Source of the DNA: Octopus vulgaris
Lineage: Eukaryota
Direction: 5' to 3'
DNA length: 64,000 bases
Assembly (NCBI GenBank): GCA_951406725.2
Contig: OX597820.1
Span: 58,590,001 to 58,654,000, forward strand
Part shown: positions 1-11,168 of the stretch, piece by piece
Position numbering within the stretch: position 1 is the stretch's first letter
How the letters are laid out: each line of letters begins with the position of its first letter
Notes under the pieces: model-generated
Seen by the model: only the letters and a program-made list of their open reading frames with translations
The model's database searches: none
What the model was told of the DNA's origin: nothing
Program-made: the position numbers and the translations under genes

Positions 1-949
1 CCTTCTCCAATGTACTTGTATCCTCAGTTAAGTGGTTGGCGATAGGATAGGGCATCCAGTTATAGAAAACAAGCCAAAAGATACATGCAAGCACCAGTCT
101 CTGGGAGCAGTACCCTTCAATAAGAAATGACTCCAACAATGGCTATCTGTTTATCCCATGCAAACATGAAAACAAATGTAAACTGATGGTGATTATATAT
201 ATATATATAGGTGTGTTTGCATCATGCATTTGTGTTGACATTTGCATGGTGTCCATATAAACGATGTATTTATTTATAAGCTGCTATGAAAATCTGTCTA
301 TTGAGCTGTCATTCAAAAGGCTTGGAGAAATATTACCTTACTTAGGAACAGGCATAGGTTGACAACAGTGAGAACTTCTGCCTCAATAAGTCTGACATAT
401 ACCTGCATGGAAAATTGGAAGTTAGAATTATGATGAATAAAATCACTCCAACTTCAAAAAATTAAATTTTCTTTGTCATTATATATTTGTGGCTTCTGAA
501 TTTCCTTTAAGATTCTGTAGCTCCTGTGTGGCAGGTGTTGGAGAATAAATGTTAGAAGCATTTGGAGCAAATGATGTTGACTTCATAGAAACTTTACTAC
601 AGACAATTATATGACCAAGTGGTAAGTTAATGGGAGATTAATTTGCTTCAACTTCATTAATTTCAATAATCTTAAATTAAAGATTATTAGCTGCTTCACG
701 AAGCTTACTACTTTTTATTACCTCCAGACTAAGATTAGTGGGTAAAAATGTTTAGAAGCTATTTATTCAATCAACACAGAGTTTTTGATCTTCACATTTA
801 ACACTGGCTGTGTTTTTACCATGCATTTTCAGGAAATGTCATTGTATCGATCTAGCTGTAAACCATTTGTCCAACTTCCATAAAATCAAAAGTGGTTATT
901 GTTACTCTTGTATGCCAAATAATTTCTCAGCTGGAGGTAACTTGCATAC

Positions 950-1895
950 ACCATATGCATTAATTTGATTGAAAACACCTTTAACAAATGCTCCTCAACC
1001 TTTCCGACTGATGGTCTGTAACTTTTAGATGCAGTCTTGATTATTCACAGAGTCCTAGTGCTGCATCATTAGATTTTTGACTATTGGTAGGACTTTGAAT
1101 TTTTCTTGCAGTTTAATCAGTCTTTTAACTGACTGAAATTTTGTCAATTGTCTGATACTAGTATATTTGGAACTTCATTTTCTGAGCATGTACTGAATTA
1201 TAAAATGGCATTAATCCAAGTTGTGACTGAATCACGTATAATCAGCATGTATCTAGTGTTTTGTCTGTATTCCTAATTTATATACAATCTTTCACAAAGC
1301 TGTGATTCAGTCCACTTACTAGTATAGAGGGTGTCTTTTGATCTGATTTCAGCATACATCACAAGATCTGTCAAATTCTTCAGTACCTCTATCAAGATTA
1401 GGTCACCACCAACAGCTTTTATCAGACATTAGATGATGATTCTTTAGCCTAACGTTGCACTTTAAAAAATTCAAGGTACTCCATTCAAGAGGCACTAGTC
1501 TAGGCCAATCTTTTTCAGCAATCTTTAAGCAGTCATAAATTGTACATGTGTTAAAATGATCTTTCTTGATTGAACATGAGTAAAAATAATTTCATTGCTT
1601 ATTTCAGACTGTAATGTGTTTGTAAAGAATGCTTTTCCAAATAAGTCTGACTTATACTTTGGTCTAAGATTATCAGCATAACTGGTTTTACCTAGAATGT
1701 AAATAATTTTGAAATGGTATTGTGCTAATATCCAATTCCACTGGAGAAGCTGCTGAGAATCTAGCCTGTAAACATCAAGATATTTTGCAAAAAATAAATT
1801 GCAATGACTAATAAGTTTCTGACATGAAAAATTTGGTCTGATAGAAATGTCAATCTTTCAACACACCATTGTATATAGCATAGATTTCATGTTCA
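950..1895 (-). mobile_element. Decayed Ty3/Gypsy LTR retrotransposon pol: RNase H C-terminal part and integrase remnant
   Basis: Minus-strand translation with stops gives IEHEIYAIYNGVLK (RNase H), WW*PNLDRGTEEFDRSCDVC (integrase zinc-binding region), MLIIRDSVTTW and EVPNILVSDN*QNF (integrase core). Confidence 0.75.
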
Positions 1896-3379
1896 ATCAT
1901 CATCATCATCGTTTAGCGTCCGTTTTCCATGCTAGCATGGGTTGGACGGTTCTACTGGGGTCTGTGAAGCCAGAAGGCTTCATCAGGCCCAGTCAAATCT
2001 GGCAGTGTTTCTACGGCTGGATGCCCTTCCTAACGCCAACCACTCCGTGAGTGTAGTGGGTGCTTTTTACGTGCCACCTGCACAGGTGCCAGACAGAGCT
2101 GGCAAACGGCCACGAACGGATGGTGCTTTTTATGTGCCACCGGCACGAGGGCCAGGCGAGGCTGGCAGCGGACACGAACAGATGGTGCTTTTTACATGCC
2201 ACCGGCACGAGGCCAGTTGGGGCGGCGCTGGCAACGGTCGCAAAACGGAAGGTTCTCTTACATGCCACCGGCACTGGTAACACATCTGCAATTTCCATTG
2301 ATCGATTTCGATTCTGATCCTCACTTGCCTCAACAGGTCTTCACAAGTAGAGTTTCGACATGCCACCGGCACTGGTAACACATCTGCAATTTCCATTGAA
2401 CGATTTCGATTCTGATCCTCACTTGCCTCAACAGGTTTTCACAAGTAGAGTTTTGTGTCCCAAGAAGGGAAGGTATGCATACGTAGGCTGGCTCCATCCC
2501 ATGTAGAAGGCCACGGGTTATGGACTCACTTGTCCTGCCAGGTCTTCTCGCGCACAGCACACTTCCAGAGGTCTCGGTCTCTAGTCATTTCCTCAGTGAG
2601 ACCTAAAGTTTGAAGGTCGTGCTTCACCACCTCGTCCCAGGTTTTCCTGGGTCTGCCTCTTCCGCAGGTTCCCTCAACCGCTAGGGTGTGGCACTTTTTC
2701 ACACAACTATCTTCATCCATTCTCGCCACAAGACCATACCAGCGCAAACGTCTCTCTTGCACACCACAACTGATGCTTCTTAGGTCCAGCTTTTCTCTCA
2801 AGGTACTTACACTCTGCCGAGTATGAGCACTGACATTACACATCCAGCGGAGCATACTGGCTTCATTTCTTGCGAGCTTATGCATATCCTCAGCAGTCAC
2901 GGCCCATGTTTCACTGCCATGTAGCATGGCTGTTCGTACACACGCATCATACAGTCTGCCTTTCACTCTGTGCGAGAGGCCTTTTGTCACCAGCAGAGGT
3001 AAGAGCTCTCTGAACTTTGCCCAAGCTATTCTTACTCTAGCAGTTACACTTTCAGCACACCCGCCCCCGCTGCTGACTCGGTCACCTAGGTAACGGAAAC
3101 TATCAACTATTTCTAGTTTTTCTCCCTGGAAAGTGACGGAAGTTGGTCTCAGAGCATTTTCAGTGTTTACTGTTCCTGAGCATCTGCCACATACAAAAAC
3201 CATCTTCTTAGTTAGCCTTCCTTTGACATTGTTGCACCTCTTATGTGTCCATAGCTTACACTTGGTGCATCTTATAGAGTTTCTACCTACACCTTTTCTA
3301 CAGATCGAGCAGGGCCATCTACCTGAAGGCGTTTGTGATTTGTCTACCTTCCTACTGATTACGACTTTGGTTTTAGCTA
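1896..3379 (-). mobile_element. 5'-truncated RTE-clade LINE copy 1, inserted into the Gypsy RNase H
   Basis: RT C-terminal ORF remnant 2526-3379 (FRYLG, ETWAVT, RLRWYG, GRPRKTW), 3' UTR with ~61-bp repeats, (GAT)n tail at 1896; highly similar to copies 2 and 3. Confidence 0.95.
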
Positions 3380-4830
3380 TGATCCTAAATTCCTGAATAC
3401 TAAATATATGACTAATATATGCTATGGGCTTTCCATTTTGAAACATTTTCCCTGTTGCTGCAAATTCAGATGCATCAACAGTGAGTTTGTTTCACACTTG
3501 ATAGAGAATGTTGCCGAAATACAGTATTGTATGTTTTATTTCTAAAAGGTCTATTTTTGATATAATCTTTAAGTAAAGACATTCCTTTTTTGTGCAAGAG
3601 GCTCAAATATGTTTATAAAATTTAGGATAAATAGCTTATCAACCCCAAATATTTCTGAATTTCTTCTTTCTATTTAGAAAAACCAGTCTGTTGAATCTTG
3701 TCTTATTAGAGTAAATGGTAGTTTGATCCCATTCATTGAATTATTTATAGAAAATCTATGGTAGATGCATAATTACTTCATTTATTTGGATTAATTGATA
3801 TGTTGGTTTCTTTCACTTTAAGAATTAACAGCAGTTTTTATTTTTTCTTAATTAATTTTTGGTCACTGCAAAAATGATTGTATTCTGATAGATAATTATA
3901 TCATTAATTAGACTCTGTACAATATTGGTAAATGATACAGCTATTTTTAAAAGCCACCTGCAATTGGTTGATTAAGTAAAGATTTTTCTCGTATTTATCA
4001 CTGAACAGTCTTCATACAAACCAATCTGCCAGTATGTAGTCTTTAATCCTTTAGCATTCAGATTACTCTGTCAAATATAATGCTTATTTATTCACATTGT
4101 TTTGAATTAATCATGCTTGATAGCTTCAAGATGTTGATGATGTGATTGCTTATTTTTAGAATGACATTGTAAGGTAGGTGTGAGAGGCTGGATCTGGCTA
4201 GTCTGAACATGAAACTGGTAGAATATTTGGGCCTGATATGACCACTTTGAATGCTAAAGGGTTAAATCAGTTGGAGAGAAAAAAAGTAAAGCATTCCTCC
4301 TTGTATATCAATATACATGGTTTGAAGAAAAGGGATGAGAAAAAGTTTGAATTATTTTGTAATCAACACATCTTTCTTTTGCACCCAAACAGTTGGTGAG
4401 GCATTATTGACACCTTTATGTAAATATGGAATAATGATTCCCATTTCTTTGGTTGTGAAGCTCATTTTTCAACCTCAACGGATGCGTTGAACAAATGTTT
4501 TTTATCTAACTGTCCCTTCTCATCCTGAAATATTAGTGTTATAATTTTTATTGATAGTAAACAGTCAGAAAAAGTAATTTATAAGCCCTTTACAATATCT
4601 GAATCAAATAAATCAGTTTTAGCACTATTAACCTCAATGAAACTGAAGTGTTTATTTGTTTAAATCCAAGTCCAGCAACTTTGTTGTTATGCTACCACCT
4701 ATCTCCAGTTTTGAACCATCATATTAAATTGTTTGTCTGTGGTTAATGATAACTTTGTTAACAATAAGACTGTCATGGAACATGCTGCACAAATATAAAC
4801 TTGCATTTGAACTAGGTATTCATTTAATTT
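3380..4830 (-). mobile_element. Decayed Ty3/Gypsy pol: RT and RNase H N-terminal remnant
   Basis: KLTVDASEFAATGKMFQNGKPIAYISH (RNase H start, ~3410-3490), IIIYQNTIIFA (degenerate YxDD region, ~3870-3900), NASPTVWVQK..CVDYK (RT N-terminus, ~4350-4415). Confidence 0.75.
4043..4265. mobile_element. piggyBac-like MITE (family 1) inside the Gypsy RT
   Basis: TTAA-(t)CCTTTAGCATTCA ... TGAATGCTAAAGGG-TTAA inverted ends flanked by TTAA. Confidence 0.75.
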
Positions 4831-5479
4831 ACAAGTAATTTATTGCACAATTACTATTCAAAGCTACTTTCTCTTTGTCAGACTGTTTTAACATCAAGCT
4901 TACTGATAGATTTTGTAGAAAACTAATTTTTTGACAAAGCATTGGGATCTAAAAGGATGTGATGATTTAAAACTGCTGCAAACTTTAACTAGGTTTTACT
5001 CAGTTACTTGTCTGTAACTGCAAGGCCATTTGCCAAGGAATGTACAGGCATTCCTTAGAACTTGGCTGCACTACTGACCCAAGAGCTTATTCTTGCTCTG
5101 GCTATTCCATTACAGCTAGGCAACGAAGTCTGAGATGGAAGCTTTAGGCCAAGTTCTTAGGCAATCAAGAATATTATTTTTGTCTGCATAGAATTGATTC
5201 TGTCAGTAAAAGCCAATTTATGCACATTGACCCTTAACAGGAAATAACTGGTTAGTTCTCCTTGTTTTTGCTTTAGGTCTAAAAATTTAAGCTTATCTTT
5301 CTTTTAGATTCAGTTAATTTTCTCTTCTGTTTTTTTTTTTTTTTTTTACCAGTATATTTAAAATCTTCAAATGAATAATTTTGAAATGTAGAATATGGGA
5401 CATCTTTCAGTTGGATATAAGCAGATTAGAAAAAGTTCAAAGGGCTTCTATTGTTGCTGGCAACAAAGGCTATAGCCTT

Positions 5480-5900
5480 CAGTGAAGATAGACACATTTA
5501 TTAAAGCTATAATGTTGTTTGTCAATGAAACATGGACCTTGAATGCAGAGGATTTGAGAAGACTGGAAAGAAATGTGCCCGGTATTCACTTCTGCATATG
5601 CAATGTTAAGTGTGCAAGAGTGACAAAGTACAAATGCATTTAGAGAAAACTGAGCATAAGGGTAACCAGATATAGTGTATAAGGAAGAAGACTTTACTGA
5701 TATGACCATGGTGTATATGGATGAGGACAGCTCTATAAAGAAGTGCTAACCACTTAATGTGGATGGAGTTTGTAGAAGGAAAACATGGGACAAAGTGGTG
5801 AAGGCTGAGCTCTGGACCTTCATCCTTGCGAAGACAACAGCAAGGAACTGGAATGACTAGTGATGGGAGGTTCTTAAGAAGACCTGCCCACCACAATGAA
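5480..5900 (+). mobile_element. Old decayed RTE LINE 3' fragment
   Basis: ETWTLNAEDLRRLERN at ~5527-5575 matches the ETWAVTAEDMRKLARN region of the young copies; frameshifted. Confidence 0.6.
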
Positions 5901-5933
5901 GCAGATTCAGGAAGCCCAATTTTATTTATTTAT

Positions 5934-7948
5934 ATCATCATCATCGTTTAGCATCCGTTCTCCATGCTAGCATGGGTTGGACGGTTCTACTGGGGTCTGT
6001 GAAGCCAGAAGGCTTCATCAGGCCCAGTCAAATCTGGCAGTGCTTCTACGGCTGGATGCCCTTCCTAACGCCAACCACTCCGTGAGTGTAGTGGGTGCTT
6101 TTTACGTGCCACCCGCACAGGTGCCAGACAGAGCTGTCAAACGGCCACGAACGGACGGTGCTTTTTATGTGCCACCGGCACGAGGGCCAGGCGAGGCTGG
6201 CAACAGACAGGAACGGATGGTGCTTTTTACGTGCCATCGGCACGAGGCCAGTCGGGGCGGCGCTGGCAACGGTTGCGAAATGGACGGTTCTCTTACATGC
6301 CACCGGCACTGGTAACACATCTGCAATTTCCATTGATCGATTTCGATTCTGATCCTCACTTGCCTCAACAGGTCTTCACAAGTAGAGTTTTGTGTCCCAA
6401 GAAGGGAAGGTATGCATATGTAGGCTGGCTCCATCCCATGTAGAAGGCCACGGGTTATGGACTCACTTGTCCTGCCGGGTCTTCTCGCGCACAGCACACT
6501 TCCAGAGGTCTCGGTCTCTAGTCATTTCCTCAGTGAGACCTAAAGTTCGAAGGTCGTGCTTCACCACCTCGTCCCAGGTTTTCCTGGGTCTGCCTCTTCC
6601 GCAGGTTCCCTCAACCGCTAGGGTGTGGCACTTTTTCACACAACTATCTTCATCCATTCTCGCCACATGACCATACCAGGGCAAACGTCTCTCTTGCACA
6701 CCACAACTGATGCTTCTTAGGTCCAGCTTTTCTCTGAAGGTACTTACACTCTGCCGAGTATGAGTACTGACATTACACATCCATCGGAGCATACTGGCTT
6801 CATTTGTTGTGAGCTTACGCATATCCTCAGCAGTCACGGCCCATGTTTCACTGCCATGTAGCATGGCTGTTCGTACACACGCATCATACAGTCTGCCTTT
6901 CACTCTGTGCGAGAGGCCTTTTGTCACCAGCAGAGGTAAGAGCTCTCTGAACTTTGCCCAAGCTATTCTTACTCTAGCAGTTACACTTTCAGCACACCCG
7001 CCCCCGCTCCTGACTTGGTCACCTAGGTAACGGAAACTATCAACTAATTCTAGTTTTTCTCCCTGGAAAGTGACGGAAGTTGGTCTCAGAGCATTTTCAG
7101 TGTTTATTGTTCCTGAGCATCTGCCACATACAAAAACCATCTTCCTAGTTAGCCTTCCTTTGACATTGCTGCACCTCTTATGTGTCCATAGCTTACACTT
7201 GGTGCATCTTATAGAGTTTCTACCTACACCTTTTCTACAGATCGAGCAGGGCCATCTACCTGAAGGCGTTTGTGATTTGTCTACCTTCCTTCTGATTACG
7301 ACTTTGGTTTTAGCTAGATTGACTCTGAGGCCCTTCGATTCTAATCCTTGTTTCCACACCTGAAACTTCTCCTCCAGTTCTGATAGCGACTCAGCAATTA
7401 GAGCAAGATCATCAGCATAGAGGAGCTCCCAAGGGCATCCTGTCTTGAATTCCTCCGTTATTGCCTGGAGGACTATGATAAATAGGAGGGGGCTGAGTAC
7501 TGAGCCTTGGTGGACCCCTACCTCTACCCGGAATTCTTCACTGTACTCGTTTCCAACCCTCACCTTACTAGCAGCGTCCCTATACATGGCCCGCACAACT
7601 CTCACTAACCATTCATCTATCCCTAGTTTCCTCATTGACCACCAGATAAGGGATCGGGGGACCCTGTCGAAGGCTTTCTCCATGTCAACAAAAGCCAGGT
7701 ACAGGGGCTTATCTTTGGCTAGGTATTTCTCCTGCAGCTGCCTTACCAGGAATATAGCATCAGTAGTACTTTTCCCTGGCACAAACCCAAACTGCATCTC
7801 ATCTAAACTAACTCTCTCTCTAATTAGTTGGGCTATGACCCTCTCCGTAACCTTCATCACCTGATCCAACAGCTTGATACCTCTGTAGTTATTTGTATCT
7901 AGGGCGTCACCTTTACCTTTGTAGCAGTTGACTATTATGCTGCTACAC
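5934..7948 (-). mobile_element. 5'-truncated RTE-clade LINE copy 2
   Basis: Uninterrupted RT ORF 6463-7948 (NYRGI, QFGF, DMEKAFD, GVHQGSVLSP, YADD), 3' UTR repeats, (GAT)n tail. Confidence 0.97.
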
Positions 7949-8317
7949 ACACTCACACAATTGCCCTGCCCTTGTACCACCCAATTTCCTCTTCAAGATT
8001 TTCACCATTCATCTCTCTAAACATCACCATTCTACTGCTGTGATTTAATGTGAGCAAAAAAACTGCATACATCGGCTTTTCCATGATATCCCTCACCCCT
8101 CTTACTACCTGAAACCATTTCACTGTTATCTAGCTTTTATTCTTAATACTGTCCTTTTCACCCACATTTTACATTGATCACTCTCTTGAGCCTCCAAATT
8201 ATCTCACCTCCACCACCATATGTTTCTCTTTTCTTCTATTCACTATTCTGCTCCACACTCTTACAACCTACCCAACTACATCATCCCTCTCTTCCCATAT
8301 CTATTATTATTATTATT

Positions 8318-8668
8318 CTGTGCTGTGGGCACGTAACAAACACCATCCGATCGTGGCCGTTCGCCAGCCTCATCTGGCACCTGTGTCGGTGGCACATAAA
8401 AACACCATCCGAGTGTGGCCGTCTGCCAGCCTCGTCTGGCACCTGTGTCGGTGGCACATAAAAAACACCATCCGAGCGTGGCTGTTCGCCAGATTCGTCT
8501 GGCACCTGTGTCGGTGGCACATAAAATCACCCACTACACTCTCGGAGTGGTTGGCGTTAGGAAGGGCATCCAGCTGTAGAAACACTGCCAGATCTGACTG
8601 GCCTGGTGCAGCCTTCGGGCTCCCCAGACCCCAGTTGAAAGCGGACGTTAAATGATGATGATGATGAT
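8318..8668 (+). mobile_element. RTE 3'-UTR-only fragment
   Basis: About three ~62-bp units, the conserved tail (GGAAGGGCATCCAGCTGTAGAAAC) and (TGA)n; nearly identical to 31278-31767 in the opposite orientation. Confidence 0.9.
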
Positions 8669-10523
8669 TATTATTGTCTGCATTTCACGCCCTTTACTGC
8701 ACTCCCCTATTTCCCCAAGCTCGTGTCATTGGTTGCCCCTCAACCCTACCTAATTTTTACAGTTGTCATCTACTCTTTTCTCTTCTCTGCCTCTGCTACA
8801 TATCATCCCTCAATGCTTGTTCTTCAATATATACACCCTCTCACCCATTTTCTATCTTAAATCATCTCTCACTCTGTCATACACTCTTGCAACCTGTACT
8901 TCTTGTTTTCCTACTCCCACTCACTCTATTCTGTGTCTTGAGGGTCCACCCTGACACGTCAGCACCACTATTATTATCACTTTCTAGTTCCAACTTGACC
9001 ACTCTCATCTTCTCTCCTATAATGTGAGCAGCTGTGTAGCTCCCCTACATCAAAAAATTTGTTCCGTTCTTTCTTTCACACTTTAATTCCTCCTCCTATA
9101 ACATAAACCTGCCTCCCTCTCTACTGTATCCCCCCTCATTCGAAGGGGGATCTTAATTTTGCAGGCTGCATGATGACTTCACTAGTGCTGGTGCCATGAA
9201 AAAGGCATCCAGCACATGCTATAAAGTAGTTGGTGTTAGGAAAAGCATCAAACTGTAGAAACCATGCCAAAGTAGACATTGAAGCACTGTTGGATTCCAT
9301 CAAACTATCCATCCCATGCCAGAGAGTTAAGATATATTACTTTTCAGAATTGAACCTGTGTGGTTTACTGTTCAACCCCAACTCCTAGCATGAATGTTTA
9401 GTTGCTTGAGGAGTTTAGAACTCCTGATTAAGGTTTTCAAGCTGTTGTTTGACTGGCTAATTTTCTGTTATAGGTCAACTCTGATTAAGCAGACCTATGA
9501 TCAAAGGTATTTCAGCCATGGTCATATTGTCCTTTTAAGGTTATTTTGTAGAACTACTGGCTGGGCAGAATTATTAGCACACCAGAAAAAACACTCAGCA
9601 GTATTTCATCCCACTTTATGTTCTTTGTTCAAATTCTGCCAGTCAACTGTGTTTTCCATGGTTTTTGGGGGTCAACGTAATCAATTACCCCCCTCCCCAC
9701 ACACACACGGAGTATTTCAGGCCTTGTGGATATAGTAGAAAGAATTATTTTAGACAATAAGGCGGATATAAATTGGGGATAATTTGGCTACTATTTCTAA
9801 CAACCTGAGTGACTACTAACAGGCTCCCTCTGACTTCTGCGAAGATGATTAGTGATGGTGGTGGCACAGTTTATATAATGATCCCGCATTTGGTCCACTT
9901 ATGATTTTCCCATTCCAAGATTGGCACTCACTTCCTTTCACCCACTTTAGATGGTGGATTTAGCTGTGTAGCCTTTTATTTGAATTGTTAAGTGGCAGAT
10001 GGTATTTCATGGAAGACTTTCAGTATGATAACACTATGCTACAAATATAGATATACTCTACTCTGCTTTACTGTCAAATCCTTACACATTCTCTAATTTT
10101 TGTCTATATGAAAGCTCTGTTCTTAATCATATTTGTTGACAGAAAGGAATAAAACAGTGTTATAGAGATGTAATTGCATAGCAAGTGACCTGATCTGAGA
10201 TTGTGTGTTGAAACAAAAACAATTGCAGCATGGAAGGTGTTTATAAGCCATTTAAAAACACAAAAACCATTAGATTCACTTCAACATTTAAATTTAATTA
10301 GTGAAAATATTTTCATTGCTTTGGGACCGTGACCTGTTCACTGACAAAATTCCATGCTTAAAAAAATACATCTAACGTGGCATCTGCTGTTTTGTGAATA
10401 AATTAGTCCCTGACTTTAACATTAATTAATGTTTATTCCATTTAGTTCCACCTCAGTAAATATACTGAAAACATGCAAAGTTGTGTGTTTGAAAGAAAGA
10501 GTAAGGTTTTTTTTTTTTCTATG

Positions 10524-10749
10524 GTTAACCTTTTAGCATTTAAACCAGCAATTTCCGGCCAAGATATTCTACCTGTTTTATGTTCATATTGGCCAGATCT
10601 GGCCTCTCACACCTGCCCTATGTTATCATTTCTAAAAATAACCAATCACATTATCAGTATATCAAAGCTGTGAGACAATGCATGATTCAAAACAAAATGA
10701 ATAAACAAGCATTATATTCGAAAGAAAAATCTGAATGCTAAAGGGTCAA
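10524..10749. mobile_element. piggyBac-like MITE (family 1), second copy
   Basis: TTAACCTTTTAGCATT ... GAATGCTAAAGGGTCAA; internal sequence is the reverse complement of the 4043 copy; a more decayed copy lies at ~14268-14440. Confidence 0.7.
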
Positions 10750-10814
10750 AAACTCTACAAGTTATTAGTTCTCTGAGATGTAGTTGATATACTCAGAATA
10801 TTACTGCTACTTAT

Positions 10815-11168
10815 CGAAATCGAATTGAACCAGCCAGGATCCCTGGTCTGGTGGTACGTAAAAAGCACTATCTGACTCGTGGCCGATGCCAGCGCCGTTT
10901 CGACTGGCTTCCGTGCCGGTGGCACGTAAAATACACCAATCCGACCGTGGCCGTTGCCAGCCTCGCCTGGCACCTGTGCAGGTGGCACGTAAAAAGCACC
11001 CACTACACTCACGGAGTGGTTGGCGTTAGGAAGGGCATCCAGCTGTAGAAACATTGCCAGATAAGACTGGAGCCTGGTGCAGCCTTCTCGGCTTCCCAGA
11101 TCCCCGGTCGAACCGTCCAATCCATGCTAGCATGGAGAACGGACGTTAAACGATGATGATGATGATGA
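10815..11168 (+). mobile_element. RTE 3'-UTR fragment
   Basis: Repeat units plus conserved tail ending GGACGTTAAACGATGATGATG. Confidence 0.9.

Noticed and set aside
521-622. Possible TMEM59 upstream exon (ag...gtaagt)
   Set aside because: Stops in all three frames and no TMEM59 N-terminal motif.
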